Assembly: GCA_002811645.1 (NCBI GenBank)
Contig: PDIP01000054.1
Location: 58,438-122,437, forward strand
Source: Corallochytrium limacisporum Hawaii
Taxonomy: Eukaryota; Protista; Pluriformea
DNA: 64,000 nt
Direction of reading: 5' to 3'
The position numbers were made by a program, and so were the translations under genes. Of this stretch, positions 22,282 to 32,113 are shown one piece after another. The notes under the pieces were generated by a model that saw nothing but the letters and a program-made list of their open reading frames with translations, searched no databases and was not told the DNA's origin. Each line of letters opens with the position of its first letter. Position 1 is the stretch's first letter.

Positions 22282-23859
22282 ATGAGCATGTCCCCAGAGG
22301 AACAGAAGGTTATTGGTGCTGCCATGCAGCGGCTTCCCGAAGATGTGAAAGGACGGGTGGGCAAGCTCTTCACTACAGCCATGCCAGAGCTGCAGTTTGT
22401 GCTGAAGGAGATCCTGATCGCTCTGGCACCCCACATCAACAACGGTGCTGCTGCAGCACCTGCCACTGGGGGCACCGCAAATGCTGCCTCCCAACCCGCA
22501 GACGTTAAAACTGAAGAAGAGCAGGCGGAGACAAAACCAGCGCCCTCCAGGCAACCGAAAATTGTCTCTCGTAACTGCGCATCACAAACAGACATTACTC
22601 TGCCGGATCCGCTACCTTCAGCAGCAACAGTAACAGGAGTAGTTATGCCTACAGTTGCCAACGGATCCGCTGTGGTTTCAGCGGCCCCGGTTTCAAAGGT
22701 CGGAAAGGTATCGAAGCAGATTTCTGTATCCGAGTCGAAAGAGGATTTCACACTGCTCAAGAACGTCGGCTTCACAGTACCGAAACGCAAGGGCCTGGAC
22801 CTGGTGTACCACGCCACGGACCGGTGTCTTCGCGCAATGAAGGACGGAACGCAGGCCGTCGCGCAGATTGCCGTGGATAACATCGCTCTGGTGGCGATCG
22901 TTGTGGATCATGTCAGTCCGACAAAAGCAACGTGGCATGCGTTCATAATCGAACACCCGTCCCCGAACTTCAAGCGCGCCAAACGGGGCCAACAAAATGT
23001 GGGAGAAGTGCTGGCTATTGCTTCGCCTGCGGTCGAAGGGTCGGAGGATTGTGTGGTGGACAGCAGTGGAAGCGGTGATGCGGAGGATGGTGACGCTCCG
23101 GCCGATGGGGGCAAAAAGCAAAAGGAAGGAAGGGGTGCGAAGCGTGCGGCCGCATCTGCGGCCAAGACCCAACGTGTGCCATCGAACAGTGCCGAGTTCA
23201 ATGCTTGGCTTGGGAACGAGCATCCTGAAATCGCAACTTTGGTCAAACACCTAAAATCCCTTCGTCCAAGCGGAATTCCAATTATGTTTGCGCGGGATAG
23301 CAGTTTTAAGAGCCAGCGCCGAGTTGGTGGCGGCTACCCATTTGTCATGGCAAATGTGAACATGAAGGAAGGACCACTGTACATCATGAAAGATGGTCTA
23401 CTTTTTGCCAAGAACCCATATTTGTGGATCCCATATGACGACATTGCCAACATGGGCTTGGAAAACGTGAACAGGCACACATTTGAGCTGCACCTCACGC
23501 TCAAATCTGGTGGACCAGTGGAAGAGCTCTGCATGATATCGGCCGAGGAAGTCGATGTGCTGGCGGAGCATCTGAAGCGAAACGCGGGCAAGGCCACGAA
23601 CTGGCAGGAGACAAAGCAGGAAGACGGCGATGACGATGACGACGACGACGAAGACGATGAGGACGAACAGGATGCGGACTTCAAAGAGGAAAGCGAGGAA
23701 GAGAGCTCCAGCGATGAGGACAGCGAAGATGAAGGCTCAGGAGAGCCGGAGGACGAGGAAGATGAGGATGGAGAGGAAGACTTGGAGGACGAAGAGGAAG
23801 ATCTTGAGGAGGAAGAAGAGGAAGCCTCCAAACCCAAGAAAAAGCCGCGCCATGTCTAA
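22282..23859 (+). CDS. RTT106: Rtt106-like histone chaperone (double PH domain plus acidic tail)
   Basis: N-terminal helical LPEDVKGRV segment, PH1-type NVGFTVPKRKGLDL, PH2 KEGPLYIMKDGLLFAKNP...TFEL...LCMISAEE, Asp/Glu tail of about 70 aa, terminal NLS KPKKKPR. Confidence 0.75.
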   Translation: MSMSPEEQKVIGAAMQRLPEDVKGRVGKLFTTAMPELQFVLKEILIALAPHINNGAAAAPATGGTANAASQPADVKTEEEQAETKPAPSRQPKIVSRNCASQTDITLPDPLPSAATVTGVVMPTVANGSAVVSAAPVSKVGKVSKQISVSESKEDFTLLKNVGFTVPKRKGLDLVYHATDRCLRAMKDGTQAVAQIAVDNIALVAIVVDHVSPTKATWHAFIIEHPSPNFKRAKRGQQNVGEVLAIASPAVEGSEDCVVDSSGSGDAEDGDAPADGGKKQKEGRGAKRAAASAAKTQRVPSNSAEFNAWLGNEHPEIATLVKHLKSLRPSGIPIMFARDSSFKSQRRVGGGYPFVMANVNMKEGPLYIMKDGLLFAKNPYLWIPYDDIANMGLENVNRHTFELHLTLKSGGPVEELCMISAEEVDVLAEHLKRNAGKATNWQETKQEDGDDDDDDDEDDEDEQDADFKEESEEESSSDEDSEDEGSGEPEDEEDEDGEEDLEDEEEDLEEEEEEASKPKKKPRHV

Positions 23860-24036
23860 TGTTGTGACGCGAGGTAGTCTGGTATCACACTGTTCGATGG
23901 TCAGTCATCAAGTTTGTTGACATTCGACCGTATAGAAACGCAATTTCAAGTACATGTTACATAGTGAGGGTTCATGTTAACCGTATTATGTTGTGTATGT
24001 GTATGCTTGCTTATGTAGTTGAAGGGTGGATTTTGC

Positions 24037-26622
24037 TCACTTACCCCATTCTCGACGCAACTTCATGCGCGCTTCGTAGTCCCGGGCACCGGCTTCAACA
24101 GACATGGGCGTGTACCGAGTGGCCAGATTGCTGAAGAAACGGAGCTGGCTGTCCCGTACGTCCTCCGGGAAATACCAGACATGATACCACAGCGTGCCCT
24201 GGGCCAGGGCCATTAGCACTTCCGTGGTACCGACAGGGAATCGTTTGTATCCAGCTCGGTGCAGCAAAATCTTGGCCAAGGTCGCCAAAGCGTTGATGGC
24301 AGCGTAGAATTGAATGTCCCTCTGCCGCCAGACACTGCTCGCAGCAAAGGCGGCCAGGCCAGCACTGGCGGCAAACGCCGTCTGGGTCAGGGCCTCTGCA
24401 CCACTGCGCCTGCGGTTCAGCAGGGCTGTGATCAGCGGACCACCAGCACTCAGGAGGAATACGAAGACAGCCGGCCGGATGTTATCAATGCGCAGAATGG
24501 CTTGGAGAATTCGCTGAAGTGTGCTTTCGCCGCCTCCAGACCTCTTCATGCCAAGCGCCCTATAGACAAGATGTTCAATCTTGTACCCAGACTGAGTGGA
24601 TGACACCGCATCGACGGCGTCCTCCCCGGCCTCTAGACTGCTATCATCCACCACATCCGCGTCCTCCTCCCCGGCCATGACGCCAAGGCGCGGCCCTTTG
24701 CCGACTAGCGGAGTCCGTAGTCCCGCGGCTGGTCCGGTTGGGCTCACAATCGGTTCGCGCGCCGACTCAAAGCTCTGGTCATGATCACGACCGCGATTGC
24801 CAAAGGTTGATTGGTGCTGGCTCGTGTTGAGCATGTTGGAAGTATTCACGTTGCTGTCGCCAGCCAGTGGACCGTCTGTAATGGCACTGTTGTCCAGTAG
24901 AGGATTTCGTCTGAATCCGCCTATCTTCTTGCTCCGCTTACGCCGATTATAAACCAGGGCTATTAAAATACCGTAGGCCACTCGCACCGCCAGCATTGCA
25001 GCCGCTGTCCGTCCCGCTCGCTTCAGAATGGTAGACCGCGCAGTCGCCGCAGAGCCCGGCTGTGTTAATTTCATTGGATCCTGCCCGTACAACAAGCCCA
25101 GAGCAAACTGAGGCAGGCCGCGCAGCGTGTCAATCTTTGACTTGTCCCCGGATACCCACAGCGCCGACAGCGCAGCCCATGCACCCGCGAACATGAGTTC
25201 TGGTGCGTGCGGCACCCTGGGCAGCCAGCCAATCCGTACCAAGTGAGAGAACCACATGTCTAAACTGTTGTTCCACATGTACAGAGACAGGGCCTCCTTG
25301 CGTTGCGCGGTCTCCACAGTGCTGGCTGCCAGACTGGAAATAAAGCCTGCGGCAAACTCAGATTGGAGATGATGTTTACCCAGGGTACTCCGCAGCGCAC
25401 ACCGAGCTGCGCCATGACCCACAGAACTGATAGTCAGGAACAAACCGCTGCGCATGATCTTCGGGATAATCTGCCGCAGCGTGGTGATGGGTTGGCGAAA
25501 GACTTCACCGTTGAGGATCTTTGGGCCGAGGAAGACCACTGTGTAGACCCTGCAGAATTGCGGATACATGGCCACTGCAACCTTGAGCCAGTACGTGCGG
25601 CAGTCAGTGAGGCCAGTGTAAGGGTGGAAGAAGTCGCTGCATGATTCCTCGGTGATTCGGTCACCAATGTGTGGAGGTGGGTCGATGCCGGGGATGCGGA
25701 ATGGATCGTGGATTCGCAAGGCAGAGACGTCATCGTTGTCTTCAATGTAGTCGTTATCATCACCGTCTTCGTGACGGTCCTTCCGATGATGGGGACGTGG
25801 ATGTTTCAAGTCCTTTGACTTCAGCTTGCCCGTAGCCCCGCGCTTCCGTGGAGATGCATCTGCACTCTGATGCTTGCTTCCCTGTTGCGACTTCTTCGGT
25901 GAAGTTGTTTTGTTGTGCTTGCGGGGGGAAGGTAGCTTGCCGTTCTCGGGAGGGTTGTCGTTTTCATTGCCGTTCTCGTCCTTCCAGGTGAATTGAATGG
26001 CGTTTTCGCTAGTGTTAGTCGCGACGCTTTCCCGCAAAAATGTGGATCCACCGATTGGTAGGATACCCGGTGCTTCATCCGAGACGTTCGACTCCAGCCG
26101 CTTGCGCGGTCTGACGGCCATGGCATCCTCCGTTGATTGGATACTTGTCCGCGATTGGCTGCGGCGCCGACTACGTGGTTGGTGACGGGGCTGACTGGTT
26201 ACACTCCCTGGCGTAGCGGCCACAGTAGCAGTGTCAGTAGCCCGTTTTGGAGACAGTGCATGAAGCAAATCAGCGGAGAAGCTCGAGACCGTGGGCGTGG
26301 CCGTACCGACAGAGCCGGCAATTCCTGTGGCCGACACAGAGCTCTGGTTCAAATAGCTGCCGGCACTGGCTTTCCGATGTCGTGGAATTCCATGGCGACG
26401 AGGAGCCGCCGACATGGGATCGATGAGTCCCTCATGACTGGCATTCAGAGGGGTCTGTCCCGGATGGTCCACCATGGCGAGCCTGTTTGCGAAAGGTCCA
26501 CTCGAGTCCTTCCTCCCTGACCACACGCGTTTCCGTTCCGATCCAGTGCGTGGTGATGCAAAGTTACCCGACTTGGGCGTCCTTGCTTCTGTATTAGTGT
26601 TCAGCCTCTTCAGGTCACTCAT
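24037..26622 (-). CDS. TMEM135-family membrane protein with long disordered extensions
   Basis: Cys-rich motif SCSDFFHPYTGLTDCRTY, RSGLFL, AGFISS.A...VE..RK.ALSLY, C-terminal R..QLRFF; first ATG at 26622 (track start is GTG). Confidence 0.78.
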   Translation of the reverse strand: MSDLKRLNTNTEARTPKSGNFASPRTGSERKRVWSGRKDSSGPFANRLAMVDHPGQTPLNASHEGLIDPMSAAPRRHGIPRHRKASAGSYLNQSSVSATGIAGSVGTATPTVSSFSADLLHALSPKRATDTATVAATPGSVTSQPRHQPRSRRRSQSRTSIQSTEDAMAVRPRKRLESNVSDEAPGILPIGGSTFLRESVATNTSENAIQFTWKDENGNENDNPPENGKLPSPRKHNKTTSPKKSQQGSKHQSADASPRKRGATGKLKSKDLKHPRPHHRKDRHEDGDDNDYIEDNDDVSALRIHDPFRIPGIDPPPHIGDRITEESCSDFFHPYTGLTDCRTYWLKVAVAMYPQFCRVYTVVFLGPKILNGEVFRQPITTLRQIIPKIMRSGLFLTISSVGHGAARCALRSTLGKHHLQSEFAAGFISSLAASTVETAQRKEALSLYMWNNSLDMWFSHLVRIGWLPRVPHAPELMFAGAWAALSALWVSGDKSKIDTLRGLPQFALGLLYGQDPMKLTQPGSAATARSTILKRAGRTAAAMLAVRVAYGILIALVYNRRKRSKKIGGFRRNPLLDNSAITDGPLAGDSNVNTSNMLNTSQHQSTFGNRGRDHDQSFESAREPIVSPTGPAAGLRTPLVGKGPRLGVMAGEEDADVVDDSSLEAGEDAVDAVSSTQSGYKIEHLVYRALGMKRSGGGESTLQRILQAILRIDNIRPAVFVFLLSAGGPLITALLNRRRSGAEALTQTAFAASAGLAAFAASSVWRQRDIQFYAAINALATLAKILLHRAGYKRFPVGTTEVLMALAQGTLWYHVWYFPEDVRDSQLRFFSNLATRYTPMSVEAGARDYEARMKLRREWGK

Positions 26623-26839
26623 TGGGCCCGATAAGTGTTGGCAACCCGAATGTTTTGGCCGCAATACTCGTGCAAGAGTTTCTTGAGCGCTGAATACCAC
26701 GGCCCTGTTGGATTCGACAAACCTTGTGTAGGTTGCATGCACTTGATTACATGCGGTATCATATGTTCAGTTCATAGAAAAAATGCCTACCCCACGTACA
26801 CGTAACGCAGGCACCACGGCGTTTGCCTGTCATGCGCGA

Positions 26840-27820
26840 TACACTTTGCGGTCCCCCTGGGACTCCTTGCGGGAGTCCCGTACCCGCTGCAAGCGCGCTG
26901 GAAGTGGGTGACTGCTGAACAACAGTACCACTGGGCCCTTCCCTCTCCTCACAACCCAACAAGCGAGAAAGGGCAAAGAGTGAAAAAAAACGGAGGGGGA
27001 GGGGAGGACGAGAGAGAAAGGAAACCCCGTGCAAAACACAGAAACGGGTGGGCCTCAAGCCGCACCCAGCGAGAGAGCCTTTGGGGAGGGGGGGGGTTTT
27101 TGGGAGGGGAGGGTGGGCCCGGAACGGGAAAAGAAAAGAGAGACCCCCGAAAGAAAAAGAAACAAAAAAAAAGGAGAGATGAGAGAGGCAGAGATGAGAT
27201 CCCTCTCCCCCTCCCCGTCTCCCTTTTGGTCGTTTCAAAATTCTTACTAAACCCCAAAACCCCCAACTGAGCGTGCCAGTCAGTCAGCCAGCCAGCCAGC
27301 CAGCCAGCCAACAAAAGCAGGACGAAGAGTGATGTGGAGCCCGGGACAGTGAACCCTCCCCCCGGGGACCGCAGGTAACCCCGTCCCCTTCTCCCTGCCG
27401 GGGGCTGCAATCCAGGATAATCGACGAGGCCTGCTCATACCTACGGAACCGGAATTTTCTTCGCTGCAGAAGTCCTGTGCGCAAATACCCACTGCGAAGT
27501 TTTACAATTCGGAAAAACAGGGCCAGGGCCCCGGTGGGGTGCAAGAGAGAAAAAAAAAGGACAAGTGCGAGAGGGCGGGCTGAGCCAGAGCAAAGGGAAA
27601 AAAAAAAGAGAAACCCACGAGAGAACGGGATCCTAACCTAAGCACAGCACCACCAGCACTGGGCAAAAAGTCAAATGGGCACAACACAGCTGCACTTCAC
27701 CACCTCTCTCTCCCCCCCCCACCCTGGTCCTTCCCTTGCCTAATCCCCCACCGATCGTTCCGTCCAAGAATAACACACGCACGGCCCAAGAGCGCAGGGG
27801 CGGTGGTGGTGCATGGGGAC
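26840..27820. promoter_or_regulatory. Low-complexity island upstream of the TMEM135-like gene
   Basis: Purine runs, (GCCA)6, C6G4 (27358); no ApT seen in 26841-27178. Confidence 0.5.
27287..27310. repeat. (GCCA)6 tetranucleotide repeat
   Basis: Read directly. Confidence 0.9.
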
Positions 27821-28479
27821 ACCAAACCGAGAACAGCAATCAAACTCGTCAAAACGTCCACCGGATCACCATGGACAGGCGGCTCAGCATGGAACTAGCG
27901 AATCTCTGTGCTGACCTGGAAGAATGTGTATATGTGTGTGTGTGTAAGTCAGATAGTCTGTTAGCATGGCAGACATCGTCGTGGACTGGACACCAAATGG
28001 ATGAGATCTATGAATTACATGTGATATCGAACACCATGTTTTTTCTACGGTGCTCCGCAGCAACTGTTCGTGCTCTGTTTCCCTGGATAGAGACAAATGC
28101 CACACCTCCACATCACTGGTCTTTCGTCAAATGTGGTCGCGGTTCCATCATCTCTCTCCCCGAAGACAAACTGCAGGAGAATCGAACGAAACAGACCGTC
28201 TAACGGTCACTTTAACGCAACAACGAAGAAAATGGACATCAGCGGACACGGAGAGTTTGAGAAAGAATGCGCATGGTGGTCGTGCGCGTTGAATCTGGAA
28301 GCTTCCGTCTTCCCGTTATCACCATCCAGCATCAAACCAAGAAACCATAAAGCCCATCCAAAATGCAAAATACCCAATGAGACACGTACCTAAACACACC
28401 TCGGTCTGGCCATGGGGTTTCCCACCACGGGTGTGTACCCAATTGCCACCACCGTTCCCTCTGCATCATTGTTCTGGCC

Positions 28480-30060
28480 GAGTGTGTGTGTGTGTGTGTG
28501 TGTGTGTGAGCGAGTAGCGGGTTGCGGGCTGTAAGAATCGGGTGGCTAAAAATACATTCCCGTCCCCGTGCCTGGACTCTTCCACCGTCTCCCCCCCNNN
28601 NNNNNNNNNNNNNNNNNNNNNNNNNNNNNNNNNNNNNNNNNNNNNNNNNNNNNNNNNNNNNNNNNNNNNNNNNNNNNNNNNNNNNNNNNNNNNNNNNNNN
28701 NNNNNNNNNNNNNNNNNNNNNNNNNNNNNNNNNNNNNNNNNNNNNNNNNNCCCCCCCCCCCCCCCTGCCGTTCTACTACCACAGGAACCATGGGGGAATT
28801 CAGCGGAAATTCAGCCGGGCAAATGCCTGACGGTTTTGAAATCATTGCAGGACTCGCGAGTCCTCCTCCACCTCACCTTGGAACCACCCACCAGGCAGGA
28901 GACTGGGACAGCGGGCAGACTTGCCCTGGTTTTCTCTCTTTTGGGATCTTTTTTTGCTTTCAGTGTTTTTTGGGGGTGAGAGAGGAGCGAGCAAATGAAC
29001 CCCCCCCCCGGGGGGGGCCTGGGGAGGAAATAGGCCCCAAAACAATCACAAACTAAATCAGAAATCAAAAGGAGGCCCCCCCCAACCAGCGATAAACTTT
29101 CCTTTTGGGGGGGTTGCCGGCCACCATTCTGCCAAAGGGGAAGAAAGTCCAAAACCGCTCCTTACTTTCCCCTAACCTGGCCCGTCCGTTCCCTTTTGGC
29201 GGTGTATTGTAGATTTTTTTGAAATACGGTCCGGTACTTGGGCCATATTGAAAGGGGTTCCATTTTTGACCAACCTCCAGGCTCTCCAACCTGGGAGACG
29301 AAGGCACCCCCCCCCTTCCCCGGGCCTCCCATGGAAAAGGTAGAAGAAGCAAAGCCAGACCCCGGGAGAACGAAACACCCAAAAAAAAAATAAGGAATGG
29401 TTGGAGACCAAGAAGTTCCCGCCACTTTTTTCCATGAAGGTTTTCCTTCCCCTTCTTTTCTCTTTTTCTTTGTTGCTTTTATTTTCTTTCGCTTGTCTAA
29501 TAAAACAGACGCAGGCAATGAACACAAAACCCCCCCCCCCCCCGGGGGGGCCGTTCCGTCCGAACGCAGTGGAGGCCCGTCGCCGCCCCCCCCCTTCCCC
29601 AGGGACAGGGCTCTCCCCCTTTTTTTCTTTTTTCCGTGCTTTAGTATCGAATTTGTATGGGATGGATTTCAAGGAGAACCACCGAGAGCGCCGAGGCCCG
29701 GTTACAGCTCCGAAAACGAGAAAGAAAAATTGGAAAATTTCTGGGACGGTAACCATCGCCAGAGAACGAACGGTGGAAAAGGGAGGCCCCCCCTCCCCTC
29801 TGCGGCACAGGCGGGGAAGTGGGGCGGGAGACCTCGAATTGAACCGCCCCGTTCTTGAATCAATTTTCCGTCGGTTGGATAAAGAGATCCATTGTTTCGC
29901 TATTGGTCCGACGCCCTGTGTTGGGCCCCGAGTCTCCCAAATGTTGTCTGTGTGCGTGCGTCGGGGGCGGGTCGCCGGTTTTAGTTTTTATCGCCGGGTG
30001 GGTCCCGTGGCTACGGGCCCAAACCCCCACCCCGCGGGGCCCGCGCGGGGTAGGTGGCTC
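28480..30060. promoter_or_regulatory. Low-complexity island upstream of the TM/H1-tail gene (contains a gap)
   Basis: (TG)13, C15, C10G8 (29000), C14G7 (29530), A10, T-runs. Confidence 0.5.
28598..28750. other. Assembly gap
   Basis: N run between C7 and C15. Confidence 0.99.
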
Positions 30061-30385
30061 TCATTCATTTTTGATTCATCAACCAATGGACAACATACAC
30101 ATGCATCATTAGGAATATACGCACACCATTGACATACACATCTAAAGCTGAAAACCTTATACCCGGCTGCTTGCGCACCCAGAAAGACAAAGACAAAAAA
30201 CTTTGGAGGGTTCATGTTGACAACGGGCCGCTGGTTGGACAGTTTGTGTGTCCAAGACGAAAGGTATGTAAAGATCGGCAGAAATACTGACACTAAAGGA
30301 GCACAGAAGTTTACATTTTGAAAGGAAACAACCTCTTCTGTATATCACGGGATCATAAACGTGGAAAACAGTATACGCACACAAA

Positions 30386-31729
30386 ATGAGTCTCAAACTC
30401 ATGCAAGATTTCTTTCCGGGGCTATTCTGGCTGGTAGACCAGACGGTTCCGGACGTCATTGACATGGTCTACCCCTCGTATCTGCCAGCAGAGTGCAGAA
30501 CCGTGGCCCCAACAGCCCCCACCCCGGCTCTCCTTGAGCCCGTGTCAATGGGCAAGTCGGTCATGAAGTGGCCAACCTTGGCCCCTGTGGCAGCCCTGGG
30601 CATTCTGGTGGGCTTCCTGGGTGCCTTTGTGATCGTGAGCCAGCTGCAGGACGGCAAGGTCTCGGGACCTCGCTACTTCAGCTACGGCCTTTCTTTCTTC
30701 TTCTTTGGCTGCATGAATTTGGTCGCCATTTTCTTTCACTGCTTCCTCGATAAGGGCGAACCGGGTTGGGATGAGCTCTACGCCCTTGACGTTGGTTTCA
30801 CGTCGGTGGCGAGTCTGTCCTTGATTGCAGGGGCCCTTTGCGACGCCGGCTACTTGGATGACACCAAGGACGACGTCCGCATACCCCTGATGATCGCCTA
30901 TCCCAGCGTCTTGCTGACTGCCTATTTGGGTCAGATCAACGACATCTGGTTCGTCGCTGAGTTTCTGTACCTGGACGTCTCTTGCCTGGCCGCAATCGCC
31001 GTCATGTCTCTGATCGTACAGCGCACCTATGCTCTGACCGGAGACTTTCCTCCCGGTTGGGAGGGACTGGCTTTTGCTTCTGCCGCCGCAGGTGCCTTCA
31101 TGCTCGCGCCTGTGGACGGTTTGCTCTGTGAGTTCCTCGGACCGAACTTTACGGTCGTCATCTGGGTCTTCCTTGGCTGTGATCTCGCCTATGTCGGACT
31201 ATTTGTGTATCTGACCGCATCTGAAGGAAAGATTCCTCTGGGTGCCTCCAAGAAGAAGGCCAGCGCTCGTGCCTCTAAGGCAGCCAGTGCTGCGGCCAAG
31301 GCTGCGTCCAAGCCTCGCGGCAAACCCGGTCCCAAGCCCGGCTCCCGCAAGAGCTCCGCCAAGTCTTCGGCGAAGAGCAGCGGCAAGTCCTCCACCAAAT
31401 CTGCTGCGTCTACTCCGAAGCCTCGCGGCCGTCCCGCCGGTTCAAAGAACAAGACTCCGGCCAAGAGCAGCTCCAAAAAGACTCCGGCCAAGAGCAGCGC
31501 CAAGAAGACTCCGGCCAAGTCCAGCGCAAAAAAGACTCCAGCCAAATCCAGCGCCAAGAAGACTTCGGCCAAGGCCACGCCAAAATCTCGGGCGTCAGCA
31601 AAGAAGCCCGCCTCCAAGAGCAGCGCCAAGTCCACGCCCAAGGCGACCGGCGGACGCAAGCGCAGCGCTAAGGACCTCGTCAGCCCGCCTGTACTGCGGT
31701 CGGCCAGCAAGTCTCGCGGTCGTAAGTAA
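30386..31729 (+). CDS. Polytopic membrane protein (about 7 TM) with AT-hook and histone-H1-like C-terminal tail
   Basis: Residues about 60-277 contain about 7 hydrophobic helices; the last 160 aa or so are Lys/Ser/Ala/Pro-rich with KPRGRPAGSKNK and KTPAKSS(S/A)K repeats; GC3-rich codon usage throughout. Confidence 0.88.
   Translation: MSLKLMQDFFPGLFWLVDQTVPDVIDMVYPSYLPAECRTVAPTAPTPALLEPVSMGKSVMKWPTLAPVAALGILVGFLGAFVIVSQLQDGKVSGPRYFSYGLSFFFFGCMNLVAIFFHCFLDKGEPGWDELYALDVGFTSVASLSLIAGALCDAGYLDDTKDDVRIPLMIAYPSVLLTAYLGQINDIWFVAEFLYLDVSCLAAIAVMSLIVQRTYALTGDFPPGWEGLAFASAAAGAFMLAPVDGLLCEFLGPNFTVVIWVFLGCDLAYVGLFVYLTASEGKIPLGASKKKASARASKAASAAAKAASKPRGKPGPKPGSRKSSAKSSAKSSGKSSTKSAASTPKPRGRPAGSKNKTPAKSSSKKTPAKSSAKKTPAKSSAKKTPAKSSAKKTSAKATPKSRASAKKPASKSSAKSTPKATGGRKRSAKDLVSPPVLRSASKSRGRK
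31451..31573 (+). repeat. Coding 27-bp tandem repeat (KTPAKSSAK x about 4.5)
   Basis: AAGACTCCGGCCAAGAGCAGCGCCAAG-like units that differ mostly at synonymous positions. Confidence 0.92.
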
Positions 31730-32113
31730 AACTCTTCTGCGGCAGTAATCAAAGAAACAAATCACAAATTTCATCGCACACCTACCCCACACAAAAACAC
31801 ATACTTCATCCCTTATCTGCAAACTCGCACACATCACGCACTCCTCGCACACTTTTTCTAACACGGCTAAAAGCAAATTACACAGAGAGATACTCTATAT
31901 GGCCCTGGTCACTCCGCCCGCAGGCGTGCCGTTCTCATCGTGTTGATCATGGCGAAGGAAGCGCACTGCCCACAAACATAATTCAGAAAATTAAAATAAA
32001 TGGAACAAGTCTCATGTAATTTATAGTCTAAAGTCCGCTTTCTTCGTGAATTTTCGTGTTTCGTCCTCTCGGAGACACTGTTGAAGCGGTGCGTTGCTGC
32101 TGGGCCGAAGATA

